Of a DNA stretch of 64,000 nucleotides, positions 39,101 to 52,642 are shown one piece after another (within the stretch, counting starts at the first letter, position 1; each line of letters starts with the position of its first letter). The DNA is from Callorhinchus milii (Eukaryota): NCBI RefSeq assembly GCF_018977255.1, contig NW_024704743.1, positions 68,140,001-68,204,000 of the forward strand, read 5' to 3'. A program made the position numbers and the translations under genes. The notes below the pieces were generated by a model. It saw only the letters and a list, made by a program, of their open reading frames with translations. It ran no database searches and was not told the origin of the DNA.

Positions 39101-39929
39101 GCCCTCACTAAGTGGATGGAGGGTACTAGGAACTCCCTCAAGCTTCCTGGCATCATGCCAATGATTGTTACCATGGCAATACTTAATTCAACTTCAGACA
39201 AATAGGACACAGATCTTGAGGTTATTTAATGTGGAAAATAATCCTCTTAGTTAGGCAGTTCCATCTCTTTAAGTAAATGTAATTGCGTTAGATGATATAC
39301 TACATTCCAGTACAACTTACATAAAGCTCATAGGAAAACACATCATACCATTAATCACTGTAAGTGTTGGATAAGTGTAAGTTGTATGATACTGTGATCA
39401 ACAATAAATGTGCAGTAATATCACCCCACACAGGACAACACAGGCATAATACACTCACTCAGCCCACTCAGCAATGGGAAGATGCCAGATCTGTTCAAAT
39501 TGAGGTTGGAGACAGATGGTGTTGTGCTGTTAGGGAAGTGTGAAATAGCCAATAATGTAACAAATAAAATCTTTAGGAACTCAATTACTAAACTTGATAT
39601 TTTTCAATTTTCAAGAAATTAAAAGCACAAACATGTTGTTATAATATACTCTGGATGATGGGCAAACTTCTACTTCTCAACAACTTGAGAAAATTCAATA
39701 TATGAAATGTAAGGTTTATTAGTCTAATTATTTTAACCTTTTAGATGCCATGGATGAGTTAATTCATCTTGGCACATTATTGCTCTGTAGAATACTCATT
39801 GTTGTGGGCATGTAAAACACAAAAAAATGTAGCTACATAAATCAGCAACTATTTGGGTTTGAAGAATGGTAGATTAAGTAGAAACAAAAGTTGAATTAAA
39901 CTTTTCAAAGGAAAATGTGAGATTGCAAA

Positions 39930-40250
39930 ATAATAATAATAATAATAATCCTTGCATTTGATATAGCGCTTTTCACGTCGGGAGGACGTCCCAAAGCGCT
40001 TCACAGAATAGACTGTAAAGTGAATTGACTGTATTTTGTGGGCGAACGCGGCAGCCAATTGCGCACAGCAATGTCCCACAAACAGTCGTAGATTGAAAAT
40101 GACCAATTTATTATTGTTTTGGTTTGGAGGGATTATTATTAGGCGTGTGGAGTAAGGAAACTTGCCCAAGGTTTCGCCCTGCCTGGAATTGAACTCAGAT
40201 CTCTCGCTTGCAAAGCGAGAGCTCTAACCACTGAGCTACAGGACTCCACT
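39930..40250 (-). mobile_element. Young tRNA(Ala)-headed Deu-SINE, short subfamily
   Basis: Reverse complement: TAGCTCAGTGG, perfect anticodon arm CTCGC-TTTGCAA-GCGAG (TGC = Ala), GTTCAATTC. Nearly identical to 7422-7735. Confidence 0.93.
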
Positions 40251-40764
40251 TAGTGAATGGGGAAAAGAAAGGACAGGATGGTTGTAATAATGGGAGTAAA
40301 AGTGTGGTATCCCTACATGTATTCCATAATTATCAGCAGGAAAATTGAGGAATGGGATACATTCATCAATACCACACGTTTGACCCCATTATGGTTAAAT
40401 TATTTAATGTTCAATTAAAATTGTGTTTTTAGCTTTGTAGCAAAGGGTAATATAAGAATATATTTTGATTATTTGATTGATTAGATATTTTGGCTCTTTG
40501 GAAAATTTGCTTGTGATCATCTTAGGTCTTATGGTCTTTTTATTTGTACTGTTTAAAGTTAGTGGCCATCTAGTGTAAACGTATCCTTCACCTCGGACAT
40601 TGCGGTCTTATCCATAATTGTCAGTATAATATTTACCAAGGCTGCTCTTCTTGCCTTTGTTATCTTACTCTTGAACACTTTAGAGATTCACTTGTCATTT
40701 CCTTGAAACTCTCCAAATTATTTTGACTATGTCCAACATGGTGCACTTTTAAGATTAATACTTT

Positions 40765-41030
40765 AGGATGCACCAAGCCAGTAGAACAAGAGGACGTTAG
40801 AGTTGTAAAGGGCAATTTCAGAACAGACACTAGGAAGTTTTTCTTTACTCAGAGAATAATCAATGACTGGAACAGGTTGTCAGTAAGAGTGATTGAGGCC
40901 AGGACAGTATACTCATTTAAAAAACAGCTTGATGCTTTGATAGGGGAATGTTAGGGTGAGTGTTCTGGAAGGATGAGATCGGATGGGCCGAAGGGAGTTA
41001 TGTTTATGGTCTCCTAGTTTCTTCTTAAAC
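40765..41030 (+). mobile_element. CR1 LINE 3' fragment
   Basis: gtaaagggcaatttcagaacagacactaggaagtttttctttactcagaga (F.T..RKFFFTQR); same family as about 30345-30580. Confidence 0.8.
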
Positions 41031-44000
41031 TACTGCATGTTGCCGATTCCTTCTTTGATTGTTTTTCCAGCAGGGTCACACCAGGCCTCTGTTCTCTTTC
41101 TTAATGTATTCTTTTCTACCACAATAAGCTCCTCACTTATCATGTGTGTAAACCTGGCTCATTGGTAACACTCTGGGTAAGAAGGTATGGGTTAAAAATC
41201 CTTGTTAATACTTGAGTTTATGCTGACCATTCATTGTAGTCTTGGTGGAGCTTGAGTTTATCAGAGTTGTTGTCATTCATGTGAGATATTAAATCAAGTT
41301 TCCATCTGCCTGTACAAGCCAACATTCTAGATGCTATTGCATTATTTGAAAAAAATAGGGAGTTTCTCGAGATGTCCTGACACAACAATGTACAAATAAA
41401 TTGGTGACTCACTCCTGGTTGTTTGTGGGATCTTGCTGTGTGCAAATTGGATGCCATGTTTGCCTACAAAAACATTGTTAGACTTGAAAGTAATTAACTG
41501 CAAAACATTTTGAGACATTTTATTGTGGTGATTTTATTTGCTGTTGATTCTACTCAGCAGGAAAATTGAGGAACGGAATACATTAATCAATACCACACGT
41601 ATTATATAGAGCTTTTCTCATGGGATAGCATCTCAGAGTGCTATATGTATTTTACATTCTTCAACTTTTTTCAGATTGCATATGTTCTTTTCAATTCCTC
41701 AAGGATAAGGTGGGAAGATAGATGAAAATTCCTACCCACCATTTTAAGCTATTGTTGGAGCATAATCCCTTTTCTTCCAGTCTCCTGTAAGAACAGCAAG
41801 TGTCAAACTCTCCACTCTTAATATTCAGTTTTATCTTCATGAAAAACAATTATTTTATCATCAACAAATCAACTTGCCATTGAGACTAAATCAGTCCAAT
41901 ATTTGGATACAGTTTAGAAAGAGTTTATCACCCAACAGATGATCCGTCCCTTGCTTCTGGTCTCCTTCACTCTCTGTTGTCTAGCAGAAGCCTCTTTTGG
42001 CTGCAATTTCACATGAGTCAAAAATGAAACTGATGGTCAAGTAGAGTTCTGAAAGATAGGATAAAAATTGGTCATTCACTTCATGGCTGTTTGTGAGACA
42101 ACATTGTACTCAAATTGGTTGCCACCTTTCCCCACAAATACATGGTCACTACATTTTACAGTAACCCGTGAATGCTTTGAGATGTTTAAACAAAGTGATT
42201 AAGCATAATTTCAAAGTGCAAGGATTATAATTATGATGACATTGAGACACATCTGGGGGTGTACGATTCAACATTTGGAAATACTTTTATAAATTCCTGC
42301 AAAGTAGATCCCACATATGAGGTTTTTCTAGTTCAAACTAACAGGTACATTAAATCTACAAATGTTGGTTTCAACCTTCTTTTCAGTTTTATTTCCTTAA
42401 TTTCCCTTTTTTCCTGAAAACAGTGACAGAAACTGTATGATTTCACTGGAGCTGTTGTTCCTTCAGTGCTTCCCTCTAGTGTCCATTCATGCGTGAGCCT
42501 TGACAGTAAGAGTTGGATTACAACAATAACAATAACTTGCATTTACAATAGCAGCCTTCATATAGAGTGGCGCTTAATAATGGCATAGTTTGACGCCGAG
42601 TCTATGAGACAACTGTGGGCACAGTTGTCAGTTGATGAAAAAAGTCTTCAGCTGTGATCTGAAGACGGGTAAAGAGGGAACAAAACAGAGGGATTGGAGT
42701 AGTGGGTTCCAGAGGTTCAGGGTAAAGTGATTGAAAGCATGACCTCTGATGGTGGGGCGGAGAGGTTGAGGGTCGTTCAAAAGGTCTAATCCAATATCTA
42801 CAGTTATATCTCTTATACTAATGGTCATTTCCCTTGTCTAAGTGTTTTCCCTTTTTACTCAGGGACACAGTGATAGTACCCACTGCTTAGATCAACTAAT
42901 GTAGCCTGTAGGCTTGTTTATTTTCACTTTTGTTTATTAAAACTGCTAAGTGTTGATTAATGGCTTTGTATATGCAGACACTGATGAAATGTGCTGGGAT
43001 TTGATATCAGCATTCCTTGTGCTATTGGGCCTAAAATGAAGTCAGGGCTTGAATTGGAAAATAGTTCAATGGAGGAACATTTGATGTGTCAGGATTAAAT
43101 TAAACGTGCCACAGATATGCCACATTGGGAAGACTTCAGGCATTATTTGAAATAACAGGAAACTTCTTACATCTGTTTCATAAACCACTATAATCCTTTT
43201 TGCATCCATCGTGATAAGCAAAATAAATCCAAGGTGAGAATGGATGACTAGGGGGCAGTTTGTGTTGCCTGATAGTCTAGGCCATTTAGGAGTCTAGAAT
43301 TAGATAACCCAAGTATCTGAAATGCAGAGTATCCGTTTGTATCAAAAGGGAAGATATCTTCACTATCTCAGCACAGAACATGAAAAGGCATACTGATATC
43401 AAACCACTACACACACTAATCTTTATCCTAATGAGCTGAAATGTAGAGGAACAATAGATAACATAAGGTTGAGGAAGAAATTGGCAATGATATAAAGGTT
43501 TGTGCTATTATGTAAAGTGGAATCTAGTCTATGTCCTGGATTTTTGGGGGTTAGGCAGGTGTCTGAAAAATGCGGAAACACCATTTTTCACATGAACATT
43601 TCCCTGTGTCTAGAATGGATGTGCACACTCTCCCTCGAGGAACACATCCTTCTTAGCTAATTTTAGAGTGCATTAAGCATAGGTAGACAAGAGGAGGTGT
43701 TGGAGTCCCCAGAGTGTGCGATAGGATACTGCTGGAGTTTAACCAGTTAAACACGCACAGCTTGCTCTATCTATCTCTATCTAGAAAGCACTATCTGGAA
43801 AGCTTCCGCTGAGGCACAAACCATGTTGTCTATGTTATGGATATTTCAATAGATGGCAAATGCAGCACTGAGAACCAGAATCTTAGAAAATGTTATGTGG
43901 TAATAATTGGCGAAGAGATTCAGAGAACTTTTAGGTAAGGGGAATTTATGAATTCATTGAAACAAATTACCTTCACTTCTGGGAGAAGGAGAGTAATTGG

Positions 44001-45299
44001 GAAGGCTGCAATCTCGCCAGAGTGATGCAGATTTACAGAGTTCTTATGCGATGCAGGACTACTTTAATCTATTTTTGGGTAGCAATGTGACACTTGGGCT
44101 TCTTGTTCCCAGACACCACACTCTAAAGATGCTTTGCAATGCAAGTGTGTGACGATTTAAAAATGGTTTTAACTGCTATATAATTATATAAAAGATAACT
44201 GGAAGAATAAAGACCAGCAAACTTTTAAAAGATCAATTATTTTGGCTGCTTTCTGAACTTCCATGTCAAACAAAATGTAAATGAGACTAGAGTATTTGCT
44301 GCATTTTTTGGCTGTAATCAAAATACAATATCAAGTGCTGAGCAGCCCCCTTCATCATCTGAATGAGGATTAAAGTTTAAAGAATGATTGTTCCTGTCAA
44401 ATAGATGAATAGTTTGTTAAAAGCTCAAAGTGTGAGTAGGGATCGCAAGTCTCAAACCTGTCATCTGGAAATATTTAATTTGTGTGAGAAAAAAACGGCA
44501 ACATATACACTTTAGTCAGTAAGTCTGGACATCGAGAGAGAAAGAGAGAGCAAAATCAACCTGTTTTTGTTTTGAGAAAGACCTTACTTGTTTATTTTCT
44601 GTTATCTTATTTTCTTTTATCTCTTTTGCTTAATCCTGATATTCTGTGCCATGTATATCTATGAAGAGCTTTGAGATGTCTCAAACATGTGTTAAGGGGC
44701 TATATTAAATGCAAGGATTATTATTATTATTATAGTGTTGCTCGTCATTAGCAATTTATTAAATTAAACTACTACAATTGGAAAACACAAAAATGGTGAA
44801 GTTATTGATATGTTTTGCCTTCCTAAGTATGAGACTGTGAAACAACATCCCGGTGTGCAAATTGTACGTTCCCTGCTCAGCTGACCTTGTCAATTGTACC
44901 TCTACGAAAACATTGCAGTGCATTTGGGCTAAAGAGAAGTGATAGCTGGAAGTGGGAGCCTCCTTGAAAGTAGATGGCTACAGAGGACATTTGATGAAAC
45001 TGAAACTAGACAAATAGAATAAATCAGGACAAAGATTTTTCCACCGTTTATAATAATAATCCTTGCATTTGATACAGCACCTTATGGCAGTAAAGTGCAG
45101 TGATTGCGTACTTTGTGGCAAACACAGCTGCCAATCGGAATCAAGCCTACAGGGGTTTGAGGTGTTGGTGTAGTTCAATGGGTTTAAGGTGTCTCAGCAG
45201 CCTGGAGGGAGAGGTAGTGCTGGAAGCAGGTGATGTTGCAGATGTAAGAGAAAGCAGAGCGAGTGACAGGTCAAATGGGGGATTTGAAGGATAGTTGGG

Positions 45300-45670
45300 A
45301 GTGTGGATCTAACCCTCTCCCTCACCTTAACCCTGCACACAAACTTCAGGACATCCTTTTGAGGCAATTGCCTTCGTTCCTCTGGGTCTGGCCTCCTTCT
45401 CGTCCCCCGCATCCTCCGCTCCACCCTCGGCGGCCGTGCCTTCAGCCACTATGCCCCGAGGTTCTGTAATTCCCTTCCTCACTCCCTTCGCCTCGCCCCC
45501 TCTCTTTCTACTTTCAGCTCCCTACTGAAGACCTTTCTTTTCGACCATGCATTTGGTCACCTTCCTCCCCCTCCCCCTGGCTCGGCCCCGGGATCCGTTA
45601 CTGTAAAGCGTTCTGAGATGCCATCCGGCATGGAGGGCGCTATATAAATCCAAGTTGTTGTTGTTGTTAT
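45300..45670 (+). mobile_element. L2 3' fragment, second subfamily
   Basis: Matches the reverse complement of 38665-39000; (TTG)n tail. Confidence 0.88.
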
Positions 45671-45884
45671 TGCAACCAATGCTGGTAATAATTCTAATAT
45701 TTTTCCACTAACAATTCCACATAATGAAGCTTAAGTTTATAATAATAATAATCCTTGCATTTGATATAGTGCCTTATCACATCTTTGAGACGTCTCAAAG
45801 CGCCACAGAGAATATACTGTAAGATGCATTGACTGTATATTTTGTGTGCAAAATTCATTTGGTACTCAAATATCTGTAGCAATT

Positions 45885-46990
45885 TACATGTTCAGGATAG
45901 ACACAGCACACTCAGCCCAACCAGTCCATGATGTCTTTAAAGACAATATGAGTCTCCACCCACTGCTTACTCCTCCCATCCCCTCTATTCCCTTCTCTCT
46001 CATATTTACATCTAGCTTCCTCTTCAGTGCATGCATACCATCTGCTTCAACTACTCTTTCAGGTAGTGAGTTCCACATTCTCACAACCCTCTGAGTGAAG
46101 AAGTTCTTGCTATATTCTCTGTACGTTTCTTCACCAGCCTTGTTGAACACATTTATCACCCTTGTGACAATTATCACCAGTGATAACTAAGACATTACAT
46201 GTTATCATTTTCATTCCATTATTTCTGTCAAACAATAATATTAATCCTTGCATTTGATAGTACTATCTTACAATAGTACTACTCATTGCTTAAATTTAGA
46301 TACAAAAAGGAAATATTTCAAATGCAATATTATTATTATTTTATGACCCATGTGAAGAGTTAAAAGCATGACTGAAAAGTATGCTTTCACAAGCTATCAA
46401 TACCAATGAGGTGATTGTTCCTACCTTGTGATACCAGCATCGTGGGACCTGTTAAACTGAAAAACTATGGATATCAGTCAGCCGGCAGGTATTCCAAAGT
46501 GCTTTCTGTTGTCACCAATGCATTGAGCAAGAGGACAGCTCATTATATCAGCTTATTAATGTCAATCCTTGAAGCAGCAATTGACTTTTTTGCCAATTAC
46601 TTTATTCTCCTCAATGTTTTGACTGATATTGACTTCAATCACATATCTTCTGCATACCCATTGAGAATGTACATATATGCCTCAGCAGAAAAGGATTACC
46701 TTCAATTCAAGAACTCTCCACGCTGCCTTGCTCCCTATTCTGAAACTCCTTACATTTATCATTAATAGAATATTTTCAAACACTTTTTGAAATACCAGGT
46801 ACATCAACTACATTCCCTTGTCTGCTATGTCAGTAATATCTTTGAGCATACCGGTAGGTTAGCTAAACTTGACTTTCATGACTTCCTTTCCAATCCTTGT
46901 TGACTCTCTTTTAACAAGCTCTGCTTTCCAGATATTTTACTAGGTTCCTTAAAATCATTTCATAGATTTTACCTACCTTTGATGTAAAAC
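45885..46990 (-). mobile_element. Old CR1 fragments
   Basis: KNFFTQRVVRMWNSLPERVVEA (45884-46177) and a degraded DKGNVVDV...FQK RT segment near 46790-46825. Confidence 0.7.
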
Positions 46991-49900
46991 AACAACTTGC
47001 ACTATATAGCACCATTCAACATAGGAAAGCATATAAAAGCACTTCAAAGAAAGGGAGCAGGAGCCCAAGCAGAATAATAATAACAATCCTTGCATTTAAA
47101 ATAGCACCTTATCACATCTTTGAGACATCTCAAAACATTTCACAGAATATACTATAAAGTGAATTGACTGTGTATTTTGTGGGAGAAATGGGAAACAGAG
47201 AGGTAGGGGAAACCAAACACAATCAAAGAGGTAGGTTTTTAGAAGGGTTTGAAAGCAAGAAAGGTGGGTGTGATACTGAAAAATTTAGAAAGGGAGTTGG
47301 AGAGAGCAGAGGCAAAGTGGCTGAAAGCTCATCCATCAAGGGTAGGGTGAAGGGGGTCGGGGAGATAAAATGAATTAGCAGAGTGGAGTGAGTGGCTCGT
47401 GAGTAGGACTGTAGGAGATCACAGAGAGGCAAGAGACAGTGTGGAAGCATTTAATGTTAGAACGAGGATCCAAAGTCAATCGTCTGGGGAATAGGGAGCC
47501 AGACAAGGATGGTTTGTGGAGCTTGGTATCAGGAAGTATATGAGTTCTGGATGATCACAGGTTTATGGAGAGTTGAGTTGAAAAAACTGGCTTGGAGAGC
47601 ATTGGAGAAATCAAGTCTGGAGTTGACTACGGCATGGATTTAGCTTCATCAGGGTGAGGTTGGGACAGCAGATAAAGTGGAGATGAAGAGTTGGTCAAGG
47701 ACTAGAAATGGACTGGAAAAGCTTAAAGGAGAGCTGAGAATCAAACAAAATGCTGAGATTGCATACTGGCTCCCTGAGCTGGAGTGAGCAGCAGGGGAGG
47801 TTAATACAGTCAGAGCCAAGTATGTATCTTCACTCTTTCTAAATAATGAAATGATTTTTGCCATATTTCAACGTGAGGCAATCTTTCCCAGAAATACAGA
47901 AACTTAAGTTAAAATTTGATTAATCTCAGTCCCATCTCTTTTAAGCTCATGGATGCCTGCTGTCCACACCAGTTACTTTGCCTATTTTAAAAGAATTTGA
48001 CCTTTGCATACCATATCCATCATTATATGCACACTGTCTACCTCCTCCTGCGATTTTCCTGGAAATCTGATATTTAACATGGGCACCTTTTGCTGAAACA
48101 TGACTATTTAATAATCTGCTATTACCTTGTCCTTGAATTCCAGCATCAGCCTTAAACATATTAACTCTTAGCATGCAGCAGAAAGGTTTACTGGAGTAGA
48201 TACTTATTTCTCTTGGGGTTTTTGTTCAATTACTTTATTCTTCTGACAGAATCTTTCATACAACAACAACAATTTGCACTTATATACCGCCCTCCACGCA
48301 GGGTAGCGTCTCAGAGCGCTTAAAGAGTGATTCATGTTATGATGATAGAAGATTCGGCATCAAGGATCGATGTTGAATCTTAGACCATTGCAAATCAATT
48401 GTCAGAAAACAACAGCCTTTAAATGCTTTCCATTAAATTGGGTTTCATTAATTAAAAAGTGACTAATAGTAAATAAAAATAAAGCAGAAAGTGTAGATTC
48501 CTTCAAGCACAAATTAGGTAGATTTCTGTTAGGAAGTAATATCTCGGGATATAATATATAGTTTGGCACATGACATGTCATGCGACTGCCAGGATAGTGG
48601 AAGGTGAACTGGATGGATCTTGGTCTTCTTTCATTTAGCAAATTCTTATATTCTTATGTTGTTAAATGCAGGACAGAGAAAGAAGAGGGAAGAGAGAAAG
48701 AATGAAAGATGATAAAAAAAACATATATAAATAATGAATAGATTTTATTACTTTAAAAATTGTGGTACGAGTAACTATTTTAGTTACATGGGATCAATAT
48801 ACCAGTAATCATTATACCAGTAATTTCAGGGAAATACATATTTCCCTGAAATTGCTGGTTGTTTGAGCTAAAATAATAAGTATTCTTAGATCTAGGATCA
48901 AAGATTTTTGAAATAGATTGAATTCCTACTGTGAAAACCTCTGTTACTGGAAACTTGGTAAGGTTTAGAGAAAAATACTGCAATATGGGTTTCTTTAAAA
49001 AATGCATTACTGCACATTTCTGCTTCTAGTGTCATTTCTTGGTTGAAATTTCTTTATTTCATGTTAAAAATGATGTTATTCTAACAACAAACTACAATTT
49101 GGTAACAAACTACAGGGTCGAAATGCCACGCCATCGTCTACTGTTTGTGGGATATTGCTGTGTGCAAATCATGTTCACCTACAAACATATTATCCTGTGA
49201 AGCATTTGAGATGTTCTGACAAAGTGATAAGGCTCTATATTAAATGTAAAGATTATTATTAGCAAGGATAATAGTTGCAAATTCTGTCACCATTCAAAAG
49301 TAATAGAATTTGAGGGAATAAATTACCGTACATATCAAATTCCTTAGGGTTTTCTTTTAGTGTTAAACCCCCTCCCCCATCAAACACCAAAATGTTACTG
49401 GCATAATGCCATAGAGTATCTTCTTGATTTCACTTGAAGTAGGGAGGGGTTCAGAGATCATGGAAAACTTTTGTTCATTCAGCAGCAGTCAAGTCTGCTG
49501 GACCTACCTGTGCAGGAGGGGCAGTACGCGTAGGAGTGCATAATGCATATCTGTCTTTTGTGCCTATTGCTCATTTAAATATTAATAAAAATTTGCCTCC
49601 CACTTCAGTTCACATAAATATAGCCACTAGGAACAGTCATACAGCAACATACAATATATTGAAGAAGGAATATGCAGTGAAGGGCAAATATTCAGGGCAA
49701 AATGCTTCTGGGAGTGGATATGAATACAATTTTGTACTTGCAGAATATCTGGTACTTGTACTTATATGATTTCACTGTCTTCAGTGTTGTGGGTGTGTGG
49801 GGGGGGGGGGAGTGGGTGTATAGAATTGGTCTGGTTTTGGCTTATACTTAATTGGATTTTTCTTTGTTTTTATTAAAAAAAAGGAAAAAACCTGGATAAA

Positions 49901-50284
49901 GTAACAATGATTTATTAAACAATATTTTCTTTTGGCAATCCACCATTTTATTATTAATCATAATAAAACAAAATGTTTTACCACCATTGTACTGTTGAGT
50001 GCGCTTCCTCTTGATAATAATAATCCTTACGGTATCGTGCCTTTCATGTCAGCAGGGCACCCTAATGTGCTTCACAGGATATACTGTAAAGTGCAGTAAC
50101 TGTGTGTTATGTGGGAGAATGGGGCAGCCAGTTGTGCACAGCAATGACCACAAACAACCTTGAAATAAATGATCAATTTTATTTGGGGGTTGGTTGGGCA
50201 TGACACCGGGAGAGACACCCTTCCCTTTTCGAATGGTGCCATGGGATTTTTAATGACCATGTGAACAGGCAGGTGGGGCTAATA

Positions 50285-51061
50285 TCTCCTCTCTCCTCTC
50301 ATCCCTCTGCTTCTGTACTGAATGCCTGCTCATAATGGACGATTTCAACCTTTACCTCAATTCTTCCCGCCACATCTCCTCTGATTTTGCTGCTTTCCTT
50401 TCCTCCCTAAACCTCAACTTTCATATAAACTCCCTGATCCACAATCATGGCCACTCCTTGACCTCATCACTTCCCATTCCCTTGACATCGTTGATCTGTC
50501 CATCACTCACAAGGCCATTTCTGACCATTTCCTCATCTCCACCATATTTTCTCGCCCTTGGAAAACATTTCTCCCTGAGTCCCTCACAAACACCCTCTCA
50601 TCCTCAGACCTTCTCTCCCTCTGGCCTTCTACCTGCAGCGATCCTTATGCAGCCGTCAAGCTGCTAAATGAGCATTTTTATTTTTACTTCAAGTTCCTCA
50701 CACTCATATACAAATCCCTACATACCCTGGCATATCTCTACCTCTCCAACCTGCTTACTCCCCACTCCACCACCCGCTGCCTCTGCTCAGCTGGCTCTGG
50801 CCTTCTGCTTGTCCCTCGTACCTCTACTCCACCATCGGAGCTGTGGTTTCAGCCACTACACTCTGAAACTCTCCCTCAATCCCTCTATCTTGCCCCCTTC
50901 TTCCTCGTTTTCAGATCATGCCTGAAGACTTTCCTGTTCGACCATGCTTATGGTCACCTCCCCCCTCTCTCCTGCTTGGCATCAGGCTCCACCACCGTTA
51001 AGCGCTCCAAAACACTATCCCACATGAAAGGGTGCCAAATAAATGCAAGTTGTTGTTGTTG
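50285..51061 (+). mobile_element. L2 remnant with APE C-terminus joined to the 3' end (large internal deletion)
   Basis: DDFNL...IHNHGHSL..., and catttctgaccat (SDH-like), followed within about 200 bp by the L2 3' UTR and (TTG)n. Confidence 0.7.
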
Positions 51062-51104
51062 AATGTAAGATCCTACATTTTGTTAGTTTGTTCCTGAAAC
51101 ACTA

Positions 51105-51395
51105 TTATAATAATAATCCTTGCATTTGATATAGCACCTTGTCAACTGCACACAGCAGTGTCTCACAAACCATCGTGGTTTGAATGACCAATTTATTATT
51201 TTTATGAAGGAATTATTACCACCGAAAAAGTGATTCGCCAATCAACTAACAACCGGGTTCCTACTTACGGCTAGGTAAACAGAGTCGTGTGGAGTAAGGA
51301 AACTTGCCCATTGTTTCACCCTGCCGGGAATCAAACCCATCTCTCTCTCACTTTCGAGACGAGTGCACTAACCACTGAGCTACAAGATTTCACAC
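51105..51395 (-). mobile_element. Young tRNA-SINE, long subfamily, internally deleted
   Basis: Head and tail match 6774-7128; part of the Deu/tail segment is missing. Confidence 0.88.
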
Positions 51396-52514
51396 TGTAA
51401 TGTAAGTAGAAAACATAAATTTATCTACTAAATCTTAATGTTCTGAAAGAATTGTGCATTTGAATCCCATTGAAATAACAGATTTAAATCTGTAATATTG
51501 AAGCAAACAATCTGGCTAGTAAACTCTCAAGTTTTAAAACACTGAATGTAATGATCCATTTAGACTGCAGCAAAGAAAACATGAGGGAAAACTGTGATAG
51601 TGTCACAGCAGGATTTACTTTGCACATTTCAAATCTTGTCAGAAGGCTTGTTCATTTTAGTAATGCATGCAATTTTTCCTTGATGATGTGATGCTTCCCT
51701 TGTTTTCACTATGAATCGGTGACACTGTTCCTCTCACTATTTTCTGAATGGTGATGGGCAATGACACACTACTTGTCGAAATGTTACCAAGGTAAATAAA
51801 GCGATCATCCACAACAACTGAACTAAATCCAGTAAAGGGAAGCTCTGTATGGTTGGATAGGTTCCCTGATCCAAGAGGGAATAGCGAGATGGAGCCTTGG
51901 CACTCAAGTGATGGGCAGATAAAATGATGCCTTCAGACTCAGAACAGAGACTTGGAAGAATGAGGCAGGATGGATGATTATGTTAATAGCGCAAATGTGA
52001 AATGCACTTTTAGGCTAAGTTGTATGTTACCTACTTGGCAAGTGGAAGATTCTCAGCAGATTCAAACTGCCTTGCATATGTTTTGCAGAAGATACATATT
52101 TTCTTTTCTATACTACCTTATTTCCCCATGAGATTTTTCATTTCACAACACCAGATTACATTATATTTTTTTGAACATAACACAGATTTTTTGATTCGAC
52201 TGTGTTGAAATCATAATGTATAGCCTGCAAGCAGATTTTTTACAAACGAAGCACCAAAGAATAGTGGAGATTTTATACTGGAGTTAAATTAGGCATTCGG
52301 TTGAAACAGGAGAGATTACTCATTAAAATGCTGGATACACTCAGGGGGTTATTCAGAATAATGAAAGGATTGAGCATTATCAAAGTTGATTTTTACCATT
52401 CCCTTTTCAAATCCAGAGAATTCAGTATTTTCAAAAAACCAACTCTCCAAATATTTAGCCAGAAGGTGAGAACAGAAAGCAGAATGGAAAACACATTAGA
52501 AATTGCAACAGCAA

Positions 52515-52642
52515 TTTAATTAATTAATTGATTAATTAATTAAATAAATAATTGATTAACTAATTCATTTATTCATTAGTACATACATGCATACATACGT
52601 ACGTACATACATACGTACGTACCTACGTACATACATACGTAT
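52515..52642. repeat. Compound microsatellite (TTAA)n / (TACA,TACG)n
   Basis: Direct reading of the sequence. Confidence 0.85.

Noticed and set aside
43244..43260. Isolated CTCF-like motifs (here and near 31262 and 40562)
   Set aside because: Partial matches are expected by chance in 64 kb without supporting context.
44500..44600. Microexon candidates around tttagTCAgtaagt and the minus-strand pyrimidine tract
   Set aside because: A strong acceptor and a strong donor do not occur together on the same strand.
49540..49890. L1 3' end remnant (IW motif, G-rich UTR, A-rich end)
   Set aside because: Plausible but too degraded to support as a feature.
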